From Chiloscyllium plagiosum (lineage: Eukaryota), in contig NC_057718.1 of assembly GCF_004010195.1 (NCBI RefSeq), positions 27,463,088 to 27,527,087 on the forward strand: 64,000 nt of DNA. Direction: 5' to 3'. This document shows positions 12,763 to 25,895 of this stretch, piece after piece. The notes beneath the pieces are model-generated. The model worked only from the letters and a program-made list of their open reading frames with translations. It had not been told where the DNA came from and did not search any database. Each line of letters opens with the position of its first letter. The first letter of the stretch is position 1. The position numbers were made by a program, and so were the translations under genes.

Positions 12763-14032
12763 TAGCTTGCGGAGCTGGAAGGTTTGTTTTCAGACATTTC
12801 GTCACCGTACTACATAACATCATCAGTGAGAGTCTCCAGTGGAGTGCTGCTAGTATGTCCCGCCTCTCTATTTATAGATTTTGATTTCTTAAGGTGGGTG
12901 ATGTCATTTCCGGTTCTTTTTTTTTCAAGGGAAGGTAGATAGGATCTAAATCAATGTGTTTATTGATGGAGCTCTTGTTAGAATGCCATGCCTCTAAGAA
13001 TTCTTGTGCATGTCTTTGTTTCACCTGCCCAAGCATGTGCTGTCCCAGTCAAAGTGGTGACCTTCTTTGTCTGTATGTAAAGAAACTAGTGATAGTGGGT
13101 CATGTCTTTTCACCTGCCCAAGCATGTGCTGTCCCAGTCAAAGTGGTGACCTTCTTTGTCTGTATGAAAAGAAACTAGTGATAGTGGGTCATGTCTTTTG
13201 GTGGTCAGCTGGTATTCATATATCCTGGTGGCAACTTTCCTGCTAGTTTGTCCAATGTAGTGGTTTTTACACTTGTTGCATGGTATCTTGTAAATGATGT
13301 TTGTTTTGCTGGTAGTATCTAATGGATCCTTTATGTTCATTAGTCACTGTTTAAGTGTGTTGGTAGGTCTGTGGATTACTATGATGCCAAGGGGTCTGAG
13401 TAGTCTGGAAGCAGACACAACGCAACCAAAAACTATAGCCACATTACCTTACATCAAAAACATATCAGAAATTACTTCCAGACTACTCAGACCCCTTGAC
13501 ATCATGGTAGCCCACAAACCTACCAACACACTTAAACAGCGACTAATGAACCTAAAGGATCCATTAGATACTACCAGCAAAACTAACGTCGTCTACAAAA
13601 TACTATGCAAAAACTGAAAAAAGACTACATTGGACAAACTAGCAGGAAACTTGCCACCAGGATACATAAACACCAACTAGCCACCGAAAGACACGACCCA
13701 CTATCACTAGTTTCTATACATACAAAGAAGGACACCACTTTGACTGGGACAACACACACATCCTAGGACAGACGGAACAAAGACACGCACGCGAATTCTT
13801 AGAGGAATGGCATTCTAAACAGAACTCCATCAATAAGCACATCGATTTAGATCCCATCTACCTTCCCTTGAAAAAAAAGAACCAGAAATGACATCACTCA
13901 CCTTCAGAAACCAAGATCTATAAATCGTGAGGCGGGACATGCCACCAGCGCTTCACCGGAGACTCTCACTGATGATGTTATCTAGTATGGTGACAAGATG
14001 TCTGAAAACAAACCTTCCAACTCAGCGAGCTA
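12763..14032. mobile_element. Penelope-like element: two inverted 3' copies with GIY-YIG endonuclease remnants and terminal hammerhead motifs
   Basis: ORFs 13110..13340(-) and 13294..13617(+): NIIYKIPC..C...YIGQTSRK..TRI; arms 12763-13411(-) and about 13412-14032(+); CTGATGA cores at 12820-12826(-) and 13969-13975(+). Confidence 0.9.
13019..13196. repeat. Tandem duplication, 2 x 89 bp, inside the left Penelope arm
   Basis: 'tcacctgcccaagcatgtg' at 13021 and 13110. Confidence 0.9.
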
Positions 14033-15082
14033 ATTTACATGCTTCACAGATGTGTCATGATTTCCAAACATGTTATTAAAAATATCTACAAAATTTAAAG
14101 CCAACCTAGACATCAATGGGGAACATAAAAAATATGAGCAGGAATTCAAATTAGCAAGTCTGCTCCTTTCCTCTACTTTCCTCTCAATTCCCCAAGAACT
14201 CTCAACTCCTTTGTCTATCACTTCCAACCTGGGATGTACAAACAGCACACGGACTACTATGGTTCAAGAAGGTAGCTCCCGGATACCTTTTTAATGAACA
14301 ATTAAGGATGAACAATAAATGCTGGCCTTACTTATGACATTAATATCGCATGAATGAACAAAAATAAATTCCACAGGGACTGCAAAATGTTCGCTTGATA
14401 ATGATCAGTGAATGCATCGTCTGGTGCTTAACCAAATAAGTGAAGATTGACCAAATAGTTGATAGTGAGGAAAAAGGTCTTAGGTTACAGGAAGGTATAA
14501 ATAGATTGGTCAAATGGGCAGATGGAATATAAGCCTGATAAATGTGAGGTGATGCACTTTGGAAAAAGTAACAATGAATAGCAGGACATTAGGAACTTCA
14601 GAGGAACAAAGGGATCATGGGATGCTTGCCCAAAATGCCTGAAGGTACTAGTTTAATAGGACAGTTAATAGACACTTGCCTGTGTCAGTTGTGGCATAGA
14701 TTGTAAGAGCGAGGAGGTTATGTTGGAGTTGTACATGACGTTAATTTGGCCACCGCTGGAATAAAGTCACAGAGCTTTCAGGGGTTACTTCAAGCATTCC
14801 TCCCAGTATGCTTCCTTGCACCTACACCCAATAACCCTGATCTGAAAAAGCACACCCATAAATATCAAGGCCATTGAATCAATGTCACAACTTGTGGAAT
14901 TTTATCTCAGGAATTCGGGTGAGCAATTAAGCATTATTAATAGCCTATGGGACACAACCAATCTTTACAAATAAGTGACTTGTCCAGTGCTTTTCACAAG
15001 TGCTGGACATACCTGGAACATGTAGGCATTGATGTGGAGATAAATACGACAAAGTAGGATTGATTAATAATATAAAACCTAC

Positions 15083-15138
15083 CAAATCTGCAGAGGTAAA
15101 ATTCTGAACACTTCTACCAGCAGGAATCACAATAGAAG
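15083..15138 (-). CDS. GTF2A1L: GTF2A1L exon 4 (ASIVIPAGRSVQNFTSADL)
   Basis: Acceptor tttctgttgcag, donor GTAGGT; 56 nt, phase 1/0; resembles recalled human ALF ASLVIPAGRTLPSFTTAEL. Confidence 0.88.
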
Positions 15139-15959
15139 CTGCAACAGAAATTAAGTTTTGATTATCATGAAACAAAACTTGGATTTTACTTTAAATTTCA
15201 AAATGTAGCTGACAAGTAAATCTAGCAAAATTATATAGATCTACAATTGTTTAATGGCATTGCCAAAGAAGAAACTATGGAAAGCACACCAGATTAAATT
15301 GATCTGACTTGAAACTACTAATTAAAATGGATTACTGAGAGAGAGGTTCTGCAAATAGTATTAGAATAAATTTACCATGTTTGAGAGGGGTTTGCACCAC
15401 TTAAAGCTAGCCTAAGGCTCATGTGGCACAGCAGTAGTGTCCCTACTTTTGGACCAAGAGGTCTGGACTAATTCTAATACTAGTCAATTGCCCAGATGAA
15501 AAGGCTTTTGAAAAGGATGTATGTTTGGAGGATCTAATGGCAATCTATTTCACAGAAATGGTCAAAGCATCCAGGTCTTGTTTTTAAATATAGACAGTGT
15601 CATGTTGACAAGACGGAAGCACCCAGACAGCATGATGATTCAGCAAAAGCATGTTCTCCTTCAGGCTGCAAGGGCAAGGTGACAGCTCATCTTCCTTAGG
15701 GGAAGGAAGAGAGCAATCAAACAAGCCTGGACTGAGACTGTAGAGAGGCCAAAAGCTGCAGGACAACTGAAGATTGTGAATCTCGTGCTGAAAGATCTGC
15801 TTTGGTCCTCAAAGGGGAGTTCACATTGCATTTGGAACTTGCATAGGCCAACATAAGTAGCCATGCTTGATGGAGAAAGTGACCAGCCGGTTGATGACAC
15901 ACAAGATCAGGCAGCATATGCTGTCAGAGGCAAGATTACATTTCAGCAAAAAGCACCTC

Positions 15960-16540
15960 TCACTGCTGGCCACTACAAGGATGTCATGATGCAGCTGAAC
16001 AGGACATTGGTTAGGCGACTTTTAGAATATTATATTCAGTTCTAGTCTCCCTGCTGTAAGAAAGTTGTTGTTAAACTTGAAAGGATTCAGAAAAGATTTA
16101 TAAGAATGTTGCCAGGATTGGAGGGTTTGAGCTATAGAGAATGACTGAATAGGTTGGGGCATTTTCCCTGGAACATTGGAGGCTGAGGACTTTATAAAAT
16201 CATAAGGGGCATGGGTACAGTGAATAGCCAAAGTTTTTTTTCCCCCAGAATAGGAGAGTCCAAAACTAGAGGGCATATGTTTAAGGTGCGAGGGGAAAGA
16301 TTTAAAAGAGATCTGAGGGGCAACTTTTTCATGCAGACAGTGGTGCGTGTGTGGAACAAACTGCCAGAGGAAGGGGAGCAAGTGGATACAATTGTCATTT
16401 AAAAGGAATCTAGATGGCTACATGAATAGGAAGGGATCGGGGCTAAATATTGGCAAATGGGACTAGATTTATTTAGGATATTTAATCTGCATGGACAAGT
16501 TGGACTGAAGGGTCTGTTTCTGTGTTATATAACTCTAAGA
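15960..16540 (+). mobile_element. CR1 LINE 3' end
   Basis: ORF 16211..16402 ESKTRGHMFKVRGERFKRDLRGNFF. Confidence 0.9.
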
Positions 16541-17719
16541 ATGTAACTCCTTCGAGAATACCAGCATACAGGAGAATTTGCGTTCTCTATCATGTATAAC
16601 TATCAGCCACCAGCATAAGCTTGTGATTATCTCCATGGAGAAACAAAACTGCTCCTTCTTGTATTTTCAGAAGGCCAGCACAAGATTGCTATACCTGGCA
16701 ACATAGCAAGTGTCCAGTTGCAGAGAGGGGTAAGGGACCATCTGGTGGAGCTGCCAAAAGTTTTTGTACAATGACAAAGGACTCCATCCAACCAAATGCT
16801 GATATTTCTTTGGCTTCCTCAATTGAAAAATCATCAACATTCTTGGGGAGTCAGATCCAGCACCAGTCAATGGATGCCAGAAGAAGTGCGAGCAAACCTG
16901 CATGTCATTGCCTTGCCCATGAACTGAAAGCAGAGGTAGCAATGTGTTAAGTAGACAACATGCTCGGAGACTAGGTCCTCATATCTCTGAGATAAGCAAT
17001 TGCCTTTCATTTCTAATGCCTCCTATCAGAGTGCTCCAAGCTCAACTTGGCTGCCTCCTCAGGTCCTTTGTTAATACCGACATTGCTTAGTGTACCTCTT
17101 TGTATGATGGGGCCCTCTAGACCTTCAATCAAAGGACTGCCACCAAAATCATCCCAAGATTAAGGGACAAGATGAGCAGGCTGTCATCAGCTGCGACAAT
17201 AACTTGAGCAGGAACACCATGTAGGAGTATATGTAAAAGATTTAAGCACACATTTGTGCAGTTGGGATTTCATACATGAGTTCAGTATATAAATGTTGTG
17301 TTCCATGTTTGTTATACTGTTCAATAGAAGTGTTCCACATCATTGTTTCTTTTTCTTTCAATTCTCATGACCCAATGAAACCTCAACTCCAGTCTGGCTT
17401 CTTCAATTGGCTGAAAGTGATACAGTCTTTAACCTTCCAAACGTGTAGTGTGCACCCAGACACTAGGTGATAAACAGCAAACTGAAGGGGTTGACAAAAA
17501 TGCTGCATAAAGGGAATGTTTTACCATTTCACAATGGTCATAAGAGTCACAAGAAAATATCTATATTTTAGCACATTCTCAGCACCCCTTGTATGTGGTT
17601 CATGGAGTTCTTTATCAAGTATTGCCTGGTCAGCTGACTTCTCCAGATCATCAGTGCAGTAAGACTTGGGATCCATAAGGTATTCATTGTCTATTTGTAG
17701 TACAGAACTTGAGCATTTC

Positions 17720-18430
17720 TGAATTTAAAAAAAACACATTTGTCAAAGTTTTTTGTCTTACATTCATCAGGACATTTCAGAAGAATCAGTGCAAAGGATA
17801 AAAAGCAGAGTATATGTTGATTGGTTGGCAAGCAGACTATGATTCATGAATTCTCCATGCTAATACCTCAACCAGTTAGATTACGACTGCAGGTTTACTG
17901 TAATATGTAATATTAATGAACTGAAACCTGCAAACCCATTCAAAAAAATTAAACACTTCACAATCCATATTTTTTTCAATATATCATTTTGGTTGCATGT
18001 CATTGTAATCTTTTGCTATAAATTCTGTGTCTTATATACCACAACCACCTAATGAAGGAGTGGCACTCCAAAAGCTAGTGCTTCCAAATAAACCGGTTGG
18101 ACTATAACCTGGTGTTGTATGATTTTTAACTTTGTTCATCCCAGTTCAACATCAGCTCCTCCACATCATGTCATCCATTTTGTTCAGTTGAAACAGTTGC
18201 ATTGTTCTGTCTGCCTGCAAAGAATGAAACTTTGGCAGTTAACGGTCATTTGACAGTTCATTCTTCATAGCGATGCTTCTATCAGAGTCCACATGCCAAC
18301 TAATACATACTTTTCTCGTACACAGAAAAACATTGTTTCTCTTTACATTCTTATTAATTGTCCTGATGAGTGCAAGATAAAAACATTTGACAAAATTCAT
18401 CTTTTTTCCGTAGTACTCAATGGCTTCATA
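17720..18430. mobile_element. Old inverted Penelope-derived structure (type E hammerheads) with a nested type C copy
   Basis: ttgtcCTGATGAgtgcaag...gacaa at 18358-18393 (+) and its reverse complement at 17740-17774; decayed type C core from 18049. Confidence 0.6.
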
Positions 18431-21156
18431 TTTCAATGCCTAACGTCCTAGGTTGTGAAAAGCACACAACACCACGATGAAGTAAGATACCTGCTTGTTG
18501 GGGAAGACTGAAGAACCCCAACAGAAAGATCCAGGCACCTGAATCGCATCTCCAACTGACATATGACCCAGTTGATGATCACTTGGGATGACTTATGACA
18601 GGGCTTGCAACTCGGTTCTGCATCTATAAGTGGATTCCTTACAGGTTTAAACAGCTATGTCTTTAATGGCTAGGTTCTGTTTCCCAGTTGCCATCTCTGA
18701 AGGTGTAAAGCAGAATCAAAGGAGCTATGGCATGTGGAAGGTATATAGGCATTGTGGCTGCTTACTGAGAACTGTGCACACACCAGAAGAATCACCTTTT
18801 ACTGATCATGGATCAATTAAACATCGAGCAAGAAAAACATCTTTCTTTGTAAAACAGCTCTGATTATTTTCTGGGAGGCTTGATGTCTGCACACTCGCAA
18901 TCAATGACACCTCACACCTCAGAAATTGAAAGATGGCGCTAAATTGGTCGATGTCTCCACCTGACTTGTTGATATACTATCAAACACAGTAATGGTCCTC
19001 CTGAACAGGGTATTGGTCACTTCCTTGATGTATCCTATGTACCACAAACTGGGAGACACCATGCATCTTCAGCAGATTCCTACAAAAACCAAAAAGTGTG
19101 GAAGTTGAGAGCAATTACAATCTTCAATGATACTGTCATTAGGCAGCCATCCTGCAATATGGCACAATGATCAATGACTACCTCCTTGGAGAGTGCAGAC
19201 ACTATTACTCAGACATCTAGACAGTTCAACCCGAATTAAAACATTCTCTCCAAGGAACAGCCTTTTCTGTGTGTGTTAAAAAGTGTTGGTATACCTGCCA
19301 AGTCCTTCTCTGAAGTGCATACTCCAAGGCTGGCCATATTGATGGTCCTGAGGTTGGTAATAAGCCACATGAACGGCTAAACCTCTTTCACACTCAGCTG
19401 CTTTTCCTCCTCAAGGAGAGTCCAATGTTTGGGTGGTCTTGAAGACCTAAAATCTTTCAACCAGACAGAAATACTTCACTTTGGTTCTTTTGGATCAAGT
19501 TCAATTGCCTGGTGCCATTCTGGTAGCAGACCCCAACAATACTGGCTCCCTTTTGCCACTGTCTGGCAATGTCTGCTCTGCATCACCCAACCTGGCAAGG
19601 CACACACTCTCTCGATGACTGCTGAGCTTCCATTTCCTTGTTGTCTCCCCTAATTAGACAAGGCTCTGAACCTCTGGTTTCCATATGTCTTCAGTAAAAT
19701 CAATATGCATGGTAAAATTCTAGTTAACTAGCCTTTTAAATTCTTTAACTGCTTTAAATTCCTTAATTTTTTAAACATGCAAAGTCAGCCCTCTATGCTA
19801 GGTACCATCAGTAAAATTCCAGAAATGATGAAATAACATCAGACCTTCAGTTCAAAATGCTCTAACGGATATTAAATCTTAGTATTCCCTCCATCTCCCT
19901 CTCTCCAATCTCCAAACACATCCAAGCACTTCCACACAATTCAGCCAAAGGTTGCAGTGCCAGGCATTCTACAGACTTGAAGCTGTCTGTATAGAGAAGC
20001 TTTTTTAATACACCAACCGAGCTCTTTTACTTTAAATCTTATGGCTATATCTTGTTAAACCAATGCTATAGGAACATTGTTAACATGGAAATCACAAATA
20101 CTTACTATGACTAATTCTGACATCAACATGGCATATGAAGAATCCTGAAAGACTGCACTTAAATTTATCGTGGCTACAAGTAGTGCAAGTTATCATCATG
20201 AATTTTAAGTATACAATGACTGAATCTTTTTGAATATTTCTCAGAATTGATAGAGATTTGTACAAAATGTATCAAGATTTAAAAGATTTACTAAGTACAG
20301 ATTTTTGACAGCCAAGCTTCAAATTTAGGTACTATAATGTGATGGCTGCACCACATCTGGAGTTTTGTGATTATTTCCGATTAAAAAAACAAGTCACGGC
20401 GAGATAACAAAAAAAAAAAGCATCAAGTGCAAAAACAGTAAGTAATACAAAGAACAGAAGCTAGCCATGCCTAGGGAACCATACTCTAGCATTAGGACAA
20501 GGGAGCAAACTGCCAAAATGAAAGTGTTCTCATATTGATAGAAAATATTTTATCAAGTCTTTCCATTACTTCAAACAATTTTGATCAATACAAACTTAAT
20601 TGAAAGATTTAGCCAAATCCTAGAACTTGGATTTCAACTCCATGTGACTATTTCCTTAGCTGGCCATAGACCTGTGTTCATTATTTCCTTCAGTACCATT
20701 GTACTTGGTCAGTGCATAGAAAGACCTGCTGATGCTGAATATCTAACAAAGTTACTCAATGATATTTTACACGATAGAATTCATTATTAGAAACAATTCT
20801 AATTGTTGCCAAATTTGCTTTGTGCTTAAGTGGAATAGATTTTCTAAAATCTCAAGCATGAGAAAACTGACCAGTCATGTTTTTGAATTTGTTCTCAATT
20901 TCCTTGCATTCTTATCTAATAACTAAATTAGATGTGCAAATCTAACTATCATCCATGTCTGATGTTGTCAAAGTTCAGTAAAGTTCTCACCACTTAAAGA
21001 GAGCTCATTAACATCAATGCAATTAGTTGTTATAAGTAAAAGCAAAATACTGTGGCTGCTGGAGATCTGAAATAAAGAGGAAACACTTAAAAATTCATTC
21101 AAATGCAAAGTGCCTTAATGACTACCACACAGTGGCTCTGACCTCAATAATCATGA

Positions 21157-21342
21157 CTTAGAGGTGCAGGTGTTGGACTGGGGTGGACAAAGTTAAAAAT
21201 TACACAACACCAGGTTATAGTTCAGTACGTTTATTTGGAAGTACTAGCTTTTGGACCACCTGATGAAGGAGTAGCACTCCCAAAGCTAGTGCTTCCAAGT
21301 AAACCTTTTGGACTATAACCTGGTATTGTGTGATTTTTAACC
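21157..21342. mobile_element. Penelope-derived inverted mini-element with a type C hammerhead
   Basis: Imperfect inverted arms about 21192-21253 and 21280-21340; CAC-CTGATGA-A-GGAGT-AGC-ACTCC-CAAA-GCTA-GTG at 21257-21291. Confidence 0.75.
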
Positions 21343-21841
21343 CAATAATTGCGAACTGCTTCAGGAGGCTGGTCATGGTCTACATCAACTCCAGCTTCCC
21401 AGCTTGCCTTGATCCCCTACAATTTTCCTACCGACATAACAGGTCCATAGCGGATGCCATATCCCTAGTCCTGCATTCTTCCCTGGAACATTTGGACAAC
21501 AAGATCACCTATATCAGACTCCTGCGCACTGACTACAGCTCCACCTTCAACACTATTACCCCCTCCAGACTGATCTCAAAACTCTGGGACCTTGGTCTCA
21601 GCTTTGCCATCTGCAACTGGATGCTCAGCTTTCTGATCCACAGACCGCAATCTGTGAAGGTAGGTAACTGCAAATCTTCCACAATAACACAGTGCCCCCC
21701 CCCCCCCCCCACCTCCAAGAATGTGTCTTCAGCCTCCTAATATACTCCCTATACACCCATGACTGTGTTGCCAAATTCCAAATGAACGCCATCGACAGGT
21801 TCACTGACGACACTACCATAGTTGGATGGATATCTGACAAG

Positions 21842-21935
21842 CTGAAAATGTGTTGCTGGAGAGGCGCAGCAGGTCAGGCAGCATCCAGGGAACAGGAGAA
21901 TCGATGTTTCGGGCATAAGCCCTTCTTCAGGAATC
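21842..21935 (-). mobile_element. Penelope-derived mini-element (type A hammerhead) with 9-bp TSD
   Basis: TSD tctgacaag at 21833-21841 and 21936-21944; minus-strand CTGAAGA-A-GGGC-TTAT-GCCC-GAAAC-ATC. Confidence 0.85.
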
Positions 21936-22245
21936 TCTGACAAGTCAAAATGCGGAAGGGAGATGGAGGGCTTGGTGAAATGATAACAATCTCTCTCTCA
22001 AAATTAGCAAAACTAAAAAACTGATCATTGACTTCAAGAAGAAAGGTGGAGAAAAGACCCCCATCTACTTCAAAGGATTGATGGGGTAGAGAAGTCAAGT
22101 TCCACGGAGTGACGATATCTGATAATCTGTCCTGGACTTCCCACGTGGATGCAATGATCAAGAAGGCATATCAGCGCCTCTTCTTCCTCAGGACAGCTCA
22201 GGAAATTTGGCATGTCCATAAGGGCCCTCACCAACCTCGACACAT

Positions 22246-23034
22246 TGTGACGATGCCGGTCCTTTAACAAGGCTACGCTGTCCTTGGCTATTTTTCCAGA
22301 GAGGTCGTAAAAGCAGTAATTCCAAAAAGTTTGGCTTGAATGGGTTATAGGGCCAATTTGATTATAGCTAACAGACACTGCCTCAAGAAAAAGGCTTTTA
22401 AGTTTAAAAACACTTGTACAAAGAAAGTGAAATGGCCAGTTCTCCCAGCTCAGCTTTTCTCTGGTTTGGTTTGATTTTTGAGGAGAAAGTGAGGTCTGCA
22501 GATGCTGGAGATCAGAGATGGAAATGTGTTGCTGGAAAAGCGCAGCAGGTCAGGCAGCATCTAGGGAACAGGAGAATCGACGTTTCGGGCATTAGCCCTT
22601 CTTCAGGAGGTTTGATTTTTGGCAGTCTAGCTGTTGACTTAAAAGCAGTCATGCAGGTTTTGAGGCTCCTGATCCAAGAAACAGCTACATTGAAGACAGG
22701 GTTCCATGCTGCTGTGTCACTCTCTCTTGTAAGACCGGGTTTGATTTTACCTTTTGTGCCGAGGGTGTTTATGATGATTGTTACAAATATTTGGAACACC
22801 ATCATTCAGTTGGGATAGTCTGATAGGTTAAGCTATTCTTTATTCTGTTCCCTTTTGTTTGAGATTCATTCGATAATATTGCAAATAAAATCTGTTTTGT
22901 TTAAAAACAAGTATTTGGGCCAGGTGCATCTCTCCTGGATAATCCAATGTACACCTGCTTAAAACAACTGGCAAAGTTAGGGTCTGGGCTACTTTCTTGA
23001 AATGTTTTGAGGGGTTCTGGTCTGGTCCATAACA
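22246..23034 (+). repeat. 5' LTR
   Basis: Starts tgtgacgatgc, ends ccataaca; aligns with 28649-29291 apart from the 22481-22608 insert. Confidence 0.88.
22481..22608 (-). mobile_element. Penelope-derived mini-element with an intact type A hammerhead core and 13-bp TSD
   Basis: TSD ggtttgatttttg at 22468-22480 and 22609-22621; minus-strand CTGAAGA-A-GGGC-TAAT-GCCC-GAAAC-GTC at 22606-22579. Confidence 0.9.
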
Positions 23035-23684
23035 GATTCATTGTAGGATTTGTTCTATAGTTCTGATTTGGGATTTGGATTGTGGGATTCAAAGGCTACG
23101 AGTGGTAGGCGTTAGTGTCTTTTGTTCCAGTTGTTGATTTTGGTTGGTTTAAACAGCACTTGGGATAGCAATGGCTCTTTCAGTCACCAACAGTTTTCTG
23201 GTAGTGGAAGAACTAAGTGACTGTGGGGGTCTTGCAAAAGGTGATTAAGGTCAAGCTGCTGGAGTTGGAGCTTCCTCCTTCTGTGAGGAAAGAAGAGATA
23301 ATTACAGCAATAGCTCATTATTTAAATTTGCTGGAAACACAATCAGAATCATTAGAGATGGTTAAAATTTAATTGAACATGAAACAGATTGAGTTAGAGG
23401 CAAAAGACAAGGAAAGTGCAACAAAAATGAAATCATTTGAATAACGATTAAATGCACAGGAAAGAGATAAAGAACAAATTACTTTAGCAAATGAAAAAGA
23501 GAAGTGACAGAAAAGGAGAGAGGGGAAAGGAAGAAAGAGAGGTAGCTTGAACTTCAGAAATTGGCTTAGACAGGAAAGTCAGCTTTAAAAGGATGGAGAT
23601 GAAGGTTAAACTTAGTAAAGAACAGAGTGAGGGGGGAACAAACCCATAGTAGCCAAAGACTGGTGAGAAACAGTTTAAATATAA

Positions 23685-25895
23685 AGTCAGAGATGTACAG
23701 CACAGAAACAGACCCTTCGGTCCAACTCACCTATGCTGAACAGATATCCCAACGCACCTGCCAGCTCACAGCCCATATCCCTCCAAACCCTTCCTACTCA
23801 TATACCCATTCAGATTACTTTTAATTGCTGTAATTGTACCAGCCTCCACCACTTCCTCTGGCAGCTCATTCCATACACATATTACCCTCTGTGTGAAAAG
23901 GTTGCCCCTTAGGTTTCTTTTATATCTTTCCCCACACTCTAAACCTATGCCCTCCAGTTCTGGACTCCCCCACCCCAGGGAACAGACTTTGTCTATTTAC
24001 CCTATCCATACCCTATCTATACAGTCACCCCTCAGCCTCCTATGCTCAAGAGAAAACAGTCCCAGCCTATTCAACCTCTTCCTATAGCTCAAATCCTCCA
24101 ACCCTGGCAACATCCTTGTAAATCTTTTCTGAACCCTTTCAAGTTTCACAACATATTTCCAATAAGGAGGAGACCAGAATTGCATGCAATATTCCAACAG
24201 TGGCCTAACCAATGTCCTGTACAGCTGCAACATGATCTCCCAACTCCTCTACTCAATACTCTGACCAATAAAGGAAAGCATATCAAACGCCTTCTTCACT
24301 ATCCTATCTACCTGCGACTCCATTTTCAAGGAGCTATGAACCTGCACTCCAAGATCTCTTTGTTTAGCAACACTCCCTAGGGCCTTCCATTAAGTGTATA
24401 AGTCCTGCTAAGATTTGCTTTGCCAAAATGCAGCACCTTGCATTTACCGAAATTAAACTACATCTGCCACTCCCATTGGCCCATCTGATCAAATCCTGTT
24501 GTAATCGGAGGTAACCTTCTTCGCTATCCACTATACCTCCAATTTTGGTGTCATCTGCAAACTTACTAACTATACCTTTTATGCTCATATCCAAATCATT
24601 TATATAAATGATGAAAAGTAGTGGACCCAGCACCGATCCTTGTGGCACTCCACTGGTCACAGGCCTTCAGTCTGAAACACAACCCTCCACCACCACCCTC
24701 TGTCTTCTATCTTTGAGCCAGTTCTGTATCCAAATGGCTAGTTCTCCCTGTATTCCGTGAGATCTAATCTTGCTAACCAGTCTCCCATGGGGAACCTTGT
24801 TGAACGCCTTACTGAGGTCCATATAGATCACATCCACTGCTCTTCCCTCATCAATCCTCTTTGTTCCGTCTTCAAAAAACTCAATCAAGTTTGAGACACA
24901 TGATTTGGCATGCACAAGGTCATACTGACTATCCCTACTCAGTTCTTGCCCTTCCAAATACATGTACATGCTGTCCCTCAAGATTCCCTCCAACAGCTTG
25001 CCCACCACTGAAATCAGGCTCACCAGTCTATAGTTCCCTGGCTTGTGCTTACCAGCTTTCTTAAACAGTGGCACCACATTAGCCAACCTCCAGTTTGCCG
25101 GCACCTGACCTGTGACAATCGATGATACAAATAGTTCAGCAAGGAGTCCAGCAATCACTTCCCTATCTTTCCACATACTTCAAGGTTACACCTGATCAAG
25201 TGAAGTACAACTTTTATGTGTTTCAAGACATCCAGCACTTCCTCCTCTGTAATATGAACATTTTTCAAGATGTCACCATCTACTTCCCTACATTGTATGC
25301 CTTGCATGTCCTTTTCCACAGTAAACACTGATGCAAAATACTCATTTAGTATCTCCCCATCTCCTGCAGCTCCTCACAAAAACTGCCTTGCTGATCTTTT
25401 GAAGGGCCCTATTCTCTCCCTATTTACCCTTTTGCCCTTAGTGTATTTGTAAAAACCCTTTGGATTCTCCTTAGCTTTGGCAAATAGAGTTATCTTATGT
25501 CCCCTTTTTGCCCTCCTGATTTCCCTCTTAAGTATATTCCTACTGCTTTAATACTCTAAGGGTTCATTCAATCTATCTTGTCTATACCTGTCATATGCTT
25601 CATTCTTTTTCTTAACCAAACCCTCAATTTCTCTATTCATCCAGCATTCCCTGTACCTACCAGGCTTTCCTTTCACGCTAACTGGAATATACTGTCTCCG
25701 GACTCTCGTTATCTCATTTCTGAAGGCTTCCCATTTTCCAGCCATCCCATTACATGTGAACATTTGCATCCAATCAGCTTTTGAAAGTTCTTGCCTAATA
25801 CCATCAAAATTGGCCTTTCTCCAATTTAGAACTTCAACTTTTAGATCTGGTCTATCCTTTTCCATCACTATTTTAAAACTAATAGAGTTATGGTG
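23685..25895 (-). mobile_element. Young CR1 LINE, 5'-truncated, nested in the Gypsy element
   Basis: ORFs 24667..25176, 24364..24660 ([13 protein letters not shown]...FADD) and 23997..24233. Confidence 0.95.

Larger units (their letters stand above)
21120..22245 (+). mobile_element. Rex1/Babar non-LTR retrotransposon RT remnant, 5' part (resumes at 29292)
   Basis: ORF 21330..21740 CFRRLV...LDPLQFSYRHNRSIADAIS..LH..LEHLD...YSSTFNTI; FTDD motif. Confidence 0.88.

Noticed and set aside
16670..19650. Possible RTE-like LINE remnants
   Set aside because: Too decayed to assign a family or boundaries by eye.
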